Shown here piece after piece: positions 11,436-25,719 of a DNA stretch of 64,000 bases. Positions within the stretch are counted from its first letter, which is position 1; each line of letters opens with the position of its first letter. The notes beneath the pieces were generated by a model. That model was not told where the DNA came from, did not search any database, and saw only the letters and a program-made list of their open reading frames with translations. The translations under genes were made by a program, and so were the position numbers. The stretch covers positions 176,204,001-176,268,000 of the forward strand of contig NC_042998.1 of assembly GCF_006345805.1 (NCBI RefSeq), read 5' to 3'. Source of the stretch: Octopus sinensis. Lineage: Eukaryota.

Positions 11436-12852
11436 ACAGGACTGCGCGCAAAACAGTGAGAATCCAAATAATAAGAGAGGTGTTCTCCGACGATGAAATT
11501 CAAAAGCGATCAGATATTTACATTCGAATTTGCTAGACCGTATGAACAATGAATAGATTCCTTATTGTGTGAATTTTCGCTTTTCCATATGTAGTATATT
11601 CTTGGCAGACATCAACAGGCGTCAGCAAATAATGTGTTTGCTGATTTCTTTACACAAAAGACCTGTGCTCGCATTAAATTCATCGGTCCGGCGAGATAAT
11701 TTAACTGAGAAGACACACAATATGGACGAAACAATCCTGTATGTCAAACTCCACTTATACGGTTGAATCGTTTTATAAATACACGTTGTTTAAAAGGAGG
11801 AGGTCTTCTTCAATGATAATAAATAATAACGATCAGATATTCACGTTCAAATCTGTCAGAACATATGAATTAATACATATGTTACAGAATATTATTTATT
11901 CCGATCATATAACAACGAACAATGTACTTGTTTATTTGTATTATAAAAAATGAAATAGTTCACTGAAATATGTAAGTAAATGATTAAAATATTTTTCAAT
12001 ATTTGTGCCTTTGTAATTAGATATGTTGTAGAATATTATTTATTCCGATCATAAAAACATCGGACAATATATTTGTTCAGACATATTAAAAAAAAAATAG
12101 AAGTAAAATAGTGCATTGAAATAAGTAAGCGAATGATTAGAATAATGTCCAAGATTTGTGCCTTTGTAATTTTACTTAAAAAATAATTAATATACAACTC
12201 CGACTTCATTCTTTGTTCACCCTTGCGAATTACCTTTCTTAACACCGAGAAATACCTAACACATCCTCACTTTGGAAAGTTTCTTGTATGCATTCATTGT
12301 AAAAATATTTTAAAAAATTTATATTATCTTTTTTTAAATATAATATATTTTATCAATTGATAATCACTTCATACTCGTTTTAAAAAGTTATGGACTATTC
12401 AAAATGTAAAAGAAAAAAAAATCATTTATGTCCAAGAAAGACATAATATTGATACTAGATTATTTATATTTTTTATTTATAATTTCATATACGAAATATA
12501 AATGCTGTTGATTCAGTAGTTTTGAATAGAAAAACGTTATTACTCTCTAAAAGTTTCACACCTCACTTGACTAAAGTTCCATATGAAATACAGTTTTGCT
12601 CTCGTGACAATAAATTTAGGTAAACATACAGAAAAATGAATAAGCTTTTAATAAAAAGAAGTAAACTGGTAATGTTCTAGAGATTTAGAATGATGCCACA
12701 TTTATGTAACAAAACAATATTCAAAATAATATGAGTAAAAAATGTAAAGTAATAAAAGTCTGTCTTCGTTTTATGAATAAATATATATGGCTGACACCCT
12801 GGAAAAAGTGTTTCTCATGCATATGTATTACTCTCATCGTGTATAATTTTAC

Positions 12853-13285
12853 CTCATTTGGAGTAATTTACTCCTGCTTTTAAGATCCCTGCCTCGATGT
12901 AACGACAACGTTTGCAACATTCTCCAGGATTTTTGTTGTAGTATGAAGTTAAATACTCCTTCTGCGAAAGTTTTTGTGGTATTGCAATAATTTGGCTGTG
13001 TATCTTTAGCATCAATATCTTCGTTTCCGTTATGTATGAAGAAATTATAGAAATTATATTGTTGTGGGTGTTGGGATCTATTTTCAACGGAATTTTGGCT
13101 ACATCTAAGATAGTTCAATACAAACCCAGTTTGAATTTCTGCTTTACATCTTTCGGTACTCCTACTTGGATCAAATACTCAAATTGCCGTTTCCACCACC
13201 TGCTTCTAACTTTTATCTCAAAGTTTGGTAGGATGTTTAGTCTCTTAGAAATTTCAAAAGCATATACTGGAAATTTGTCGAAAAT
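12853..13285 (-). pseudogene. Decayed coding remnant, possibly a PLE C-terminal region (alternative: a 252-nt exon)
   Basis: One frame is ~145 codons with one internal stop, ending 'YLTSYYNKNPGECCKRCRYIEAG', weakly like the PLE pre-GIY-YIG Cys region. A second frame is open for ~109 codons, bounded by tag| (13105) and |gtaaaa (12852). Confidence 0.35.
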
Positions 13286-14179
13286 CCTCATTTATTTATT
13301 TGTTTATTTATTTGCTTATTTGATATTTCATTTATGAAATATAAATATTGTTGATTCAGTAATTTTGAAAATAAAATGTTATACACTCTAAAAGCAATGA
13401 AAAAAAAATCATGTTTAAAGTTATAAGGTAATATATAATATATCTAATTTATCCTATCCATTTATTGCTGTCTCTTCGTCTCTAGCTTTTACGTTCTAGC
13501 ATGTGTGCGTGAGTGTGTGTGTATACATGTATCCTTATATTGTTGCATAAGTTTTCCGCTTTTATTGAGCTCTCTTACTAATACAAAGAAATACTTTCGG
13601 TTTACTTGAAAAATGTTTATTCCTATAATTACAGATAATTTCTAATTTCTATAAATTGAATTTTAAATTCGATTTTTTTTTTTTTATGTAAATTTTGGTG
13701 ATTCAAACATTATTGTCAAGTCTTCCACAGAACAAGTAGTACATTATTTGTGTTCTTGATATTTCAACTCTTTCGATATTTCACCATCTCTACATCTTAC
13801 TGTATACAAACAGTAAAATACTCAGACGCCTTTCAGTTACGCTGAGGAAGGCACCACATGTTTGTGTGTTTCCATATACGGCTGACGGCAAGGAACATAA
13901 TCGTCTTATGAGAAGCCGATTAGAATATATTATGCAATTATTTCAACATGAAGCAAAATTTTATTTTTAACTGTCTCTTCGTTTTAGCTGTACTTATGTC
14001 ATTATATTATTGCTTTAAGACAGTTTTTTTTTTTCAATTTTACTGATAACTCTGGCTAATTTCATTGCGCAAAAGAAATATTTTCTTAGAATTGCGGAAT
14101 ATTTGTGCTTGTAATTACTATATCTCACCATCCATCCATCCATCCAATCACCTGTCCGTCTGTTCGATCGTCCGTCCGT

Positions 14180-14203
14180 CCGACGTTCCATCTGTCTACT
14201 TGC

Positions 14204-14274
<71 letters not shown>

Positions 14275-14314
14275 CCTATCTATCTATCTATCTATCTATC
14301 GATCTATCTATCTA

Positions 14315-14393
<79 letters not shown>

Positions 14394-14415
14394 GTCTGTC
14401 TGTCTGTCTGTCTGT
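14180..14415. repeat. (TATC)n/(TGTC)n compound microsatellite (similar tracts at 35300-35530 and 41480-41540)
   Basis: Direct reading. Confidence 0.95.
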
Positions 14416-15174
14416 CATTTGCTTTCTCCTCTTTCTGTCTGCCTCTTTCTGTATACATGCATGCAAATGTGCATAAAAACACACGTGCACACATAGAAGA
14501 AAGAATGACAGGCGCACACATGCGCATTCATACGCATACGTGCATACGCGCTTCACATATACACAGAAACAAAATCATATGTAAACATTACACCCCTTAT
14601 GCACTGCATCCACCCCGCTAGACCGCATCACCAGCAGCAGCAGCACCACCACCACTACAACACCCACCACCACCACCACCACCGCCACCATACAAGTTAC
14701 CGCAGATCTCAGTACATTATAAAGTCAGAAAAGCGCGAAAATCAATAACAACTGTGTAATATAATTAATGTTGAAATTTGTTTATTCCTTCCTTAAGGCT
14801 GATTAACATTCGGGAAAAAGATGGAGGGGGGGAAATGACAGAAGTAGTAGTAATAGTAGAGAGAGAGAGGGAGGAGTCATAAAGAGAGAGAGGGGGGAGG
14901 GAGGGAGATAGAGAAATAAGGCAAAGAATGGACATCAGCCTCGAACACTCACCACCACCATCACCACCACCACTTCGCTTCCATCATCCGAGAATGTACT
15001 ACTAGTGGCTTACTAACGAGAAGTCCCCTTATTTGACAAAACGCAATAAATAAATAAATAAATAAATAAAATTGGGGACCCGGATATAGAAAACGCCAAA
15101 AGCAATATGAGTCATCCGATACGATTTAATGTAGCGAAAGGGGGGGGGCTGATGTGGATAGCGCCGGAGTTGGC

Positions 15175-15235
15175 ATTAGTATTATTATCATTATTATTAT
15201 TATTATTATCATTATTATTATTATTATTATTATTA

Positions 15236-15279
<44 letters not shown>

Positions 15280-16245
15280 GTAGTAGTAGTAGTAGTGGTG
15301 GCGGTGGTGGTGGTGGTGGTGGGAACGGTGCTGGTTGTGGTCGCCGCAGTTTTGTGTTTGTTCATCGTGTTTTGGTGTTGAGGTTGGCGCTGTAGATGCT
15401 GACGGTGGTGGTGGCGAAAGTCATGATGATGATGGTGATGGTGGTGATGGTGGTGGTGGTTGTGGTGATGGTGATGGTGGCGGAGGTGGGGGAGGGGGTA
15501 TGATACTGATGACACTGGATGGTCTTCGTGGCAATAATGGTGATTTTGAGTATTGCTGCTTTAGTGCTGTTGCTACACTTGCTGCAAGTAATATTGGTGG
15601 TGGTGGTGGTGGTGGTGGTGATGGAGATGGTGTGAAAATGAAGAAAGTATTGTCATTGTTGATGATGATGGTGATGATGGTGGGCGTGGTGGTAGTGAAG
15701 GTAGGGGATTAGGGATGGAGTTGGTATTGGTTTTGGTGGCGCTTACGGTGGTGATACTTTAGGAGCAGGTGATAGCGGCAGCAGCAGTGGTGGTGGTAAT
15801 GAAGAGATGGTGGTAGGGATGGTGGTGGTGGTGGTGGTGGTGGTGGTGGTAATGAAGGTGATGGTGGTGGTGATGTTTTTGGCGATAGTGAATTCGTTGG
15901 TAATGATATAATGATGGTGGTGGTGGTGGTGGTGGTGGTGGTGGTGGTGGTGGTGGTGGTGATGGTGATGGTAATATTAGTTTTGGTGGTAGTAGGCAAC
16001 GCTGACGGCGGTGGTATAGTTGATAGGACTGATAGAGGCAGTCATAGTAGTGAAGATGGTGGTGCTACTGGTAGCGCCAGAGATGGTGGTGGTGATAGTG
16101 GTGGTAGTGGTGGTGGCGATGGTGACAGTGGTGATGGTAGTGAAGGTGTATGTGGTGATGGTGGTTGCGATAGTGGAGATGCTATAGTGATGGTGATGGC
16201 TGAAGGTGCTTGCGGTGGTGAGGGTGTTGCTGGTAAAGTATAGAT
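15175..16245. repeat. Degenerate trinucleotide low-complexity block (ATT, GTA, GGT, GAT)
   Basis: Direct reading; source of the poly-I/V/G/D ORFs. Confidence 0.9.
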
Positions 16246-16487
16246 GACGCCATCTCTAACAGCCAGGTCAGTTTGACCAACGCAATTATCTATTGCATTT
16301 CATATTTATACAGTGGTAAATCTGTTGAGAACAGTCAGTCTGGCAATATGTTTGACACAGATTCCACCTTGCCAATAACATCGACTCAGATATTAAACCA
16401 ATACCGTAATGGCCATTAAGGCAGCATGCGTATCGGATAATAATAATTATAAATAACAATAATCGTATTTGTTATTATTGTTATTAT

Positions 16488-16523
16488 TATGGTGATGGTG
16501 ATGGTGATAACGACGACGACGAC

Positions 16524-16563
<40 letters not shown>

Positions 16564-16582
16564 TCAAAGATGACGACAGCTA

Positions 16583-16644
<62 letters not shown>

Positions 16645-17056
16645 GTGGTGGTGATGATACTAATGTCAAAGATGACGACAGCTATGACGACGACGACGAC
16701 GATGATGATGATGGTGATGGTGATGGTGATGGTGATGATAATAATAATAATAATAATAGTGTCAAAGATGACGACAGCTATGACGACGACGACGACGATG
16801 ATGATGGTGATGGTGATGGTGATGATGATGACGATAGTGTCAAAAATGACGACAGCTATGACGACGACGACGATGATGATGATAATTATGCCAAAGATGA
16901 CGTCGACTATGGCGACGACGACGACGTCGATGATGATGTCCATAGTGACGATGACGATGACAATAGCGATAACGATGAGGAGGATGATCATAACAACGAC
17001 GACGATCACGACGATGACGAAGACGACGACGACGACGACGACGACGATGATGATGC
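16488..17056 (+). repeat. Compound (GAT/GAC)n minisatellite with four GTCAAA(G/A)ATGACGACAGCTATGAC anchors; poly-Asp in one frame
   Basis: Anchors at ~16563, 16665, 16761 and 16838. The frame from 16410 to 17174 has no stop. Confidence 0.85.
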
Positions 17057-17420
17057 TTCCATTCGCTTGATGACTTGTGCATTAAAAGAACGGACGCTAC
17101 TGCGAAATAATGCGGTAAATGCCATTCTCAAAGGTATGAACAATCTAAGCGAAGTGGATTCAACTGGAGATTGAAACTAGGTCGAGTATTTGATTAGTTG
17201 ACAACTTAGCACGGCACTTGATTAAGCTGACAATAGAAATGATTACTTTATATAATTAACTACCTAATGTATATTGATGATCTGGAGCCAATATACAAGA
17301 GGTGGCGGTCAACATGGAAGCTTTAGCATTAAGTAATTTGCCGTTACTAGACTATAACAGAAAGAATTTTAATGAAATTAGTTTTAAATAAATTTTTACC
17401 TTTTATGTAGTTTCAGTAGG

Positions 17421-17481
<61 letters not shown>

Positions 17482-18031
17482 ACAAAACAAATTAACTACA
17501 TATATACATAACTACATAAGTCTTGCGTAAATTAATGAATGGCGAAATAATTAGATCATAGACTCAACGACAACTATGTAAATATTAGGAAATTACTAAG
17601 CTGTATCGTGTAAGGCATTCCCATAAGCATAGTAGAGTATTGCTCAACACAAAATTAAATTAGAAACAAAACATTCAGCATTGATATATTAGTTAAAAAT
17701 GTGCTAAATCTTTAATTTCATTAGCTGAGATTAAGCATATCACTGAGACTTAGAGAATTAAGAAAAAAAATTTTAAATATGATAAAAAAAAAAGAATGAT
17801 ATCATAGAGGAAACATCGTTCTAAAGTACATAGTAACAATTAGAATTTACTACAAAAATTCTGGATAAACACCTGAGAGAAAACGGAAATAAATTAATAC
17901 AAATAGTGATTGAACAAGAAAACTATGCCTGAAACGTGTTCTAAATTTTTGTGGAGGCCGATAAATACAAATAGGAAATTAGCAATAGTTGAATATAGGG
18001 AGGTATGAGCATGCAGAAAGAATAAGAAAAA

Positions 18032-18099
<68 letters not shown>

Positions 18100-18330
18100 A
18101 AAAGACATGAATAACTTTAGAAAATTGTAGGGTATGTATTCTTCATGGGTGAGTATATGCTGACGTTTGTGCTTTTGAAGTATTTTCCCGATCTTGGATG
18201 CGTTATTGATGTAATGTTTCGATCGGTATTCTGGAATATAAGATAAAAACAAATAAGCAAATAAACAAAAAACAAAAATCAAAAAAAGGAGAGCAAATGT
18301 TTGACGAATGACAAAGCAAAGCCAGAAAGA

Positions 18331-18406
<76 letters not shown>

Positions 18407-18837
18407 GATTAAACAGGAATGCTGTTGATTCCAATATTGACGAAGTGAAAAATTAAAAAAGTAGCCATTTTCTTCCCTGCTCTGTATCAACCCTTCTGAA
18501 CTTTTTCGGCGAATGTGTAACAATAATTACCCCCACAACACCACACTGTTTATCTTTACAATGTCGCACCTATTGTACCACAACGGTTTCTGCTCCTTTG
18601 AACTAGTACATTGCATACCATCTCTATCCCAACCCCAGCCGTTGCACTCACTTCACTTCTCTGTTGTGTCACAACATGCAAATCATGCTATAAACATTTT
18701 ACTGATTCCTTCCATCTCAGATCCGCTTTCCTCTGGGACACCTCCACTCCAATAGATTGAAAATAAACACAATGGAAGAAAATGTTGTATCATGACGGCA
18801 AGTAATGACTAAAATCTTAAACTATTTCATTCAGCTT

Positions 18838-19072
18838 AGGCGGCGAGCTGGCAGAAACGTTAGCGCGCCGGGCGAAATGCTTTGCGGTTTTTCGTCTGTC
18901 GTTACGTTCTGGGTTCAAATTCCGCCGAGGTCGACTTTACCTTTCATCCTTTCGGGGTCGATAAATAAAGTACCCGTTTCGCACTGGGGTCGATGTAATT
19001 GACTTACTCCCTTTGTCTGTCCTTGTTTGTCCCCTCTATGTTTAGCCCCTTGTGGGTAGTAAAGAAATATAT
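18838..19072 (+). mobile_element. Full-length SINE family B
   Basis: GGCGGCGAGCTGGCAGAAACGTTAGC head, GGTTCAAATTCC B box, core as at 7640-8230, tail TTTGTCCCCTCTATGTTTAGCCCCTTGTGGGTAGTAAAGAAA. Confidence 0.9.
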
Positions 19073-19373
19073 TTCATTCAGTAAGATGAAAAATAATGCA
19101 AATGAGCATCAGATTAAAGAGAAGCATATTTATATTACATATCATATGGCACACGTGTATATTAACATGCATTATAATATTTCTTGACTAATGAGGAGGT
19201 GAAGAACGAGATATTAAGGAGAAAGAGAAGCATTCTTGATAATTTTAAATTCCCAAACTGAGTTCGGTATGGTTTATATTAAACTCGAACATTTATAAGT
19301 TGGTGCCTGTGAGAGAAAACTTTGACCGAACTCGAGTTCCGGAGGATTGCGGCTTTGGAAAGAAAGGATAAGG

Positions 19374-19785
19374 CGGATCTTTTCGGTTTGAACGGCAGCT
19401 TTTTAAAATAATTTCCACGTAACTAAACACTTTTAAACTTCGTATACTGGTAGAATGTGTTTATAAAACATCTTTTTCTCTTGGCTTTATTGAGAAAACG
19501 CTATAGTTTGTAAGATATTTGTTGTTTTTTATTCTTCAATTTCTGAAATTTCAACCAATCAATGACGTCTATTGAGGTGAAAACGTTCTGTGCCGTATGA
19601 ATATGTCCCTCGTTTAAGAAACAGATTGGGTTTATTTACATTTCTGAAGAAAAAAAGATACCCACCCCCACCCCTAACCCTAAAACAGATTGAAATGCAA
19701 TAGATCAATACTAGGGTCATAATTATGGGTGAAAATTTCATATGACACCGCTAGAAAAAACTGCCGTTCAAACCGAAAAGACCCG
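19374..19785. mobile_element. Non-autonomous TIR element (MITE) with 6-bp TSD
   Basis: 25-bp TIRs CGG(A/G)TCTTTTCGGTTTGAACGGCAG with 1 mismatch. TSD ATAAGG at 19368-19373 and 19786-19791. Confidence 0.9.
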
Positions 19786-21786
19786 ATAAGGCAGAATGTT
19801 TGGAGACGGGTAAATGTAGTGATGCACTATAAGGATTACGGGACGACATGACACAGTTACCTTAGATGAGCGTAAAAATGAGAGTGACAAGGGCTTGCTT
19901 GTTCAGATGAGCTATTGTAGTAGCGGTAGAACAGCATGAATAAACAATGCTTATGTATGTGTGTATGTATGTGTATATGCGTGCGAGCGTGTATGTTTGG
20001 ATAGGGACTGTGATTTTGTAGATGTTGTTTATCCCAATGGCTAGTCCTGATAGATGAGACTTATAATCAAAGGCATGACAGTCTAGTTATCCAGTCATGA
20101 CTAGATGAAATTATGACTATCCAGTCTTTCTTCGCATCTGAGGCTACTTTATCCAATACGTCCTTCTTTATTTAAAACAGTTGAGTTTTAGCTACTATCT
20201 CTAGCGGGTGAAACGACTACTTAGATGCTCACCGGTTGGCTCAAATACCTCTTGCGGATATATAAAATGATATTTTACATTTTGGCCAGTTTAATAATTT
20301 TTATTAAATGTATTTTTCTTTCGTACTTGGATAGTTCCATTTATCAACGAAATATTTTTTCATGCTGGAGAAGCAATTAATATTTTCTAAATGCATTTTG
20401 GATACTGATTTCAAATCTGCTTTCAGTTTTAATCTCAACACATTTAGTTTTTGAAACATAACGTTTTATTAGTTTTGCTACTTTTATCAGTACTTTAAGT
20501 AGTATTAAAATAACATTTCATGCAAAATTTGTTTATTGCTTGAGCCGATACACACAGTATACACTTAATTAATTCATACATAATTAATTTCAACCTCAAT
20601 TTTCTATCATAGATTCAATTAGATTCAATTAGATACTCGTGTAATTGAAGAATATAGATTACACAAATTTTAAAAGTATTGCGAATATCATTTTCTGTTA
20701 TAAACATGGTTTGGGTCGTCGCAATATATAGTATCTAAAGACAGTCAGCCATCATGTCTTTCTTCTAAAATCAGTGATATGATGTTTCTATTTCATGAAT
20801 CTCTTGATGGAATCGTTACACTTGTTCATTGCTCACCGTACCAACATTTTCTGGAAAGAAATCTAGATAAGAATGTAGGAAGTGTACTTTTAACGACAAC
20901 ATACGACCCATTTATTTATAGACGTCAAAGAGATTCTTAACTCCATCACTCTTTACAGGATACTTATTTCTCAGAGAGTGTTCTCATAACCATATGACAG
21001 CTTACTCGTCTTTTAATTCCAGATTATTTAGGAGGTTGTTCGAATGCAATTAATTAAAAAACGTTTCTGATTTACGATTTACCTAAAATTTCCTCCTTTA
21101 ATGCCCACATCTAAGAATAGTACCGAGAAAGGCACTGAAATCTTTATGGATTGACTTCACTTTTTCATACAACCAAGATTAATATATAGAGATGTTCAAC
21201 CCTGGGACATGTGTTGGCCTTAGTTGTCAGTCAAAGTTACTACAGTGATCTGTGTTAACATGGCTTTGCCATAGACACAGTATTTTGTGTACCTTGCTTG
21301 CATGATCCCTATTAGCATTCCTGTAACTTATACTGTAGGTAGGTATACATACGCACATTAATGAATGTGATGTTGAATGATATGAAGCAGTATATCAATG
21401 CTGTAAGTCTCTTTTAGGTGTGTAGAATGGATAATGGAAATGCATGTGGTTGAACATTACCTTTATGCAACAGAACTGATACCAAATTAATGAAGAGATG
21501 TTAGTTACATGCAACGAGTCTGGAACAAGTTTGCGAAGAGTTCAGTGATGTCATTGCTTTAACAAGGTGAAACATCTGCTCTAAAGCATGTTGCCAAATT
21601 AAAATTTGTTATAACCTCAATATATCTAGTTTGTCCTTTCTGAAAAACAACTTTTTTTGTTTCTTTTCAGTTTTCCCAATTTTATCAATAAAGAGTATTA
21701 AATAGTATTTTTAACGAAATTTTATTGCTTGATACGAAGTATTCTGTATATAATTAATTAATACATAATTAATTTTAACTTTAATT

Positions 21787-22309
21787 TCATACCATAAACC
21801 TCAACACTAAAATTTCGTTGTCGATGGCAACTATTTGCATATTTTGTTTAAGTAAATTACTTCCCTTCAGTTCAAAAAGCGCTGCGTTCAATTTCAGCAG
21901 CGATAATTCTTTAACAAAATCATTTAAACAATTTTGTATAAATGACGTTAGTTCCAGATTTTCTCTGGGTATTGTTGTCATGATTTGTAGAACGCTCAGT
22001 ATCCCATCAATTTCACCTTTATCACTATTCATTTCATCAGTCATAGAAGCCTTCCCCCTCATTTAGAGAAAAGGGAATGGATATTGTTCATCAGATTGAA
22101 CGATCTAAGTGTTAAACACCATTTTGGTTAGGTGGTTTTGTGCTTGTTATTTCCAGGAAACCCAACTGTGTTAACACCACAAAGATCACAGTCAATATGA
22201 TCATCTTTGTTCTTTCCATATTCTGACCATCACAAAACTTATCCATCTCTTTTTGTTCAACCAGTCGTGTAACTTCGCTTGAATAAGCAGAGCAGATTCG
22301 ATGTGACAC
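21787..22309 (-). pseudogene. Broken coding-like remnant, weakly PLE-RT-like ('QIMTTIPRE')
   Basis: Two ORFs of 65 and 91 aa with stops and a frameshift between them. The resemblance is judged by eye only. Confidence 0.25.
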
Positions 22310-23706
22310 CTACTGTTTGACAACTAAAGAATACCTAAGATATTTTCCTAAGCTCCATTGAGATAGCTCATCGTTGTACTTTAATTGTAAAAGTAAAACA
22401 AACATAGCTGAAAAGGTTTGGATGATTTTGGCATTCATAAGGGGGTGCTGATTAACTAGCAACGAGCTGGACAAATGCTATTAAAAATATATAATATTTC
22501 AAGTATAATTAGGAAAATATAAACGGTCCGATATCAAAAACTATACATACAATAGAAAGCCCGGATACAGTTTATAAATCAGTATAGAATATCATTTCAT
22601 GTCCACTCAAAATCATTTCCGGCAGAATTTCGTTGCTAACTAATAGCCTCGTAGACTGAATCAAGTCCAACACAACCCTAATAGCTGATGGAGGTTTCGA
22701 AGTAAATCCTGTTAATTAACACAGAGCGTGACCAAAAGAAACAAACAATTAAAGCCACATCGAAAATTCGGTTCGACGTAAACTAATTTTCTCATTTTCT
22801 GCCAACAATTTTATAGTAAATGATGATATACCTAATGCGCACGCGCGTGAGTGTGCGCGTGCACACGTGTATATATATGTATATATGTATATATGTATAT
22901 ATATGTATATATGTATATATGTATATATATGTATATATGTATGTATATATACACACATACATGCATACATACAAACAACCATAGATATGTTTGAGTATGT
23001 CTGCACACATCTGTGCCTGCCAGTGTGTGTATATATTTATGTATACCTTCATACATATGTATATGTATGTATGTATGTATTTATGTATGTATGTATGTAT
23101 GTATGTACACATACATGGACGTATGTACGTATATATACCCACCTACAAAACGGCACACACACACAAACATTCACAAAAATTTTCTGTATACACAACCACA
23201 TATAAAATTATTGTGAATATATATGGCAGTTCATTTTAGAAAATTTTATCACGTAGCTGTTTGCATAATATGCCTCAGGCTATGTGTTTGCATATGTGTG
23301 TGTGTGTGTGGTGTGTGTGTGTGTGTGTATGTGTGTGTATCAACGTGTGTACGTATGAAGGTTCGTACGTGTGTACGAATGTATATATTAGGACGCACGT
23401 GTGCACATGTTCCTGGGTGTATTGAATGACGTGTTCGGTAGTTTTACACAATGAGATATCATTGATAATCTACACTTGCTCAATTAAAAGAGCGGAATAC
23501 ATAATATTTGTGCAGAATAACATGGCTGTTAAGTAGTATACCTTATTCACAGTATAATATTGCTTTGCCAGGTTAAAAATTTGGCAAACTGACTGAAGTC
23601 ATATAATCCTAGGAAGCCAGGGTAAATCAATTCTTCTACACTGTTATCTACAGAAAACACTGGCGTACAGTAAATGCGTGTAAGTGTGCGCATACATATG
23701 TATATG

Positions 23707-23767
<61 letters not shown>

Positions 23768-24045
23768 CATACATATCTATTTATTTATATACATATAAGT
23801 ATATATATTTATATACATATATACATATATATATGAAAACACATAAGTATGTATATTCATATAGATGTGTGTGTATTTGTCTGTGTTATGCATGTGTGGC
23901 GGCGAGCAGGTATGTATCTAATTACACACACACATACACACTCATACACATACACACACAAACATATATCTGCTCGATCAATTGGATTACCTTCGCATCG
24001 AAACAGTGTGACAAATATTGTGACAAGGCTACAGACATACAAACA

Positions 24046-24100
<55 letters not shown>

Positions 24101-24171
24101 TATCATCTTTCTCTCTCTCTGCATGTGTACGTAATTAGATGCCACCCACACATACGTAACACACATATATA

Positions 24172-24560
24172 CTCTTTCTCTTTTACTCTTTTACTCGTTT
24201 CAGTCCTTTGACTGTGGCCATGCTGGAGCATCGCCTTTAGTCGAGCTAATCGACCCCAGGACTTATTCTTTGTAAGCCTAGTACTTATTCTATCGGTCTC
24301 TTTGCCGAACCGCTAAGTTACGGGAACGTAAACAAACGTAAACAAAGCGATGTTGGGGGGACAAACACAGACACACAAACACACACACATATATATATAT
24401 ACATATATACGACGGGCTTCTTTCAGTTTCCGTCTACCAAATCCACTCACAAGGTTTTGGTCTGCCCGAGGCTATAGTAGAAGACACTTGCCCAAAGTGT
24501 CACGCAGTGAGATTGAACCCGGAACCATATGGTTGGTAAGCAAGCTACTTACCACACAGT
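24172..24560 (-). mobile_element. SINE family A
   Basis: Collinear with 3198-3626. Confidence 0.9.
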
Positions 24561-24749
24561 CATATACATACATACATACATATATATATAATATGAAATA
24601 ACTAACCTATTATGTGCATATACATGCATAGATGCAAGCATGCATACGTACGTGCATATAGGTATGTGTACGTGTGTGAGGACGTATGCGTAATAGTGTC
24701 GCTTCAAATATATTGGTTAATTCGGCGTCAAAGATGCGGTATTTGTCTC

Positions 24750-24786
<37 letters not shown>

Positions 24787-25122
24787 TATATATATATATA
24801 TCTTTTATCTTCTACTTGTTTCAGCCTTTAGAATGTGGCCATGATGAGACACAGACACAATGACACACATACATACATACAAACATACATACATACATAC
24901 AAACATACATACATACATACATACATACATACATACACACACACACTAGGCCACTAGTTTAAATTGATATTAATTATATTAATTTCTACTCTCATTATTT
25001 AGCTTATAGACACACACACACACACATCTCTACCAGGTTTAAAAAATAAGTGCTGGGTTCGATTCATTTGGCTAAAAATTCAAGGCGGTGCCCCAGCATG
25101 GCCAGAGTCTAGTGACTGAAAC

Positions 25123-25304
25123 GTGGTTGTGTAGTAAGAAGTTCACCTCTCAATCACATAGCTCTGGGTTCAGTCCCACTGCGTAGCATCTTGGGCAAGT
25201 GTCTTCTGCTATAACCTCAGGCCGACCAAAGTCTTGTGAGTGGATTTAGTAAATGGAAACTGAAAGAAGCCCGCCGTTATGTTTTTCCTCCGTTTTGAAG
25301 ATTG

Positions 25305-25368
<64 letters not shown>

Positions 25369-25632
25369 TGAGTGTATGTGTATGTATGCATGTATGTGTG
25401 CCTATGTGTGAGTGTCTTTGTGTCTGTATTTGTCCCCCATCACTGCTTGACAATCGGTGTTGGTGTTTTTACGTCCCTATGAAAACGACCGCTACGTCCC
25501 TGTAAAAAAGACCGCTAGAATAAGTATTAGGTTTTTTAAAAAATAAGCCTTGGTGTTGATTTGTTTGACAAAAACACTTCATGGGGTGCTGCAGCATGGC
25601 CACAGTCAAATGACTGAAAAACGTAAAAGAAT
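25123..25632 (+). mobile_element. SINE family A (preceded by a tail fragment at 25050-25122)
   Basis: GGGTTCAGTCCCACTGCG...TTGGGCAAGTGTCTTC core; tail GGTGCTGCAGCATGGCCACAG. Confidence 0.85.
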
Positions 25633-25719
25633 AATATAGTAATAGAGTATACATATACTTATACATATACATATATGCACACACATACATGTATCACTTT
25701 TAGAAAAATTAATCAGCCT

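Noticed and set aside
15126-16243. Gly/Asp- or His-rich ORFs resembling structural proteins
   Set aside because: The reading switches among poly-I, V, G and M with stops, as expected from degenerate GGT/GAT repeats, and there is no consistent frame.
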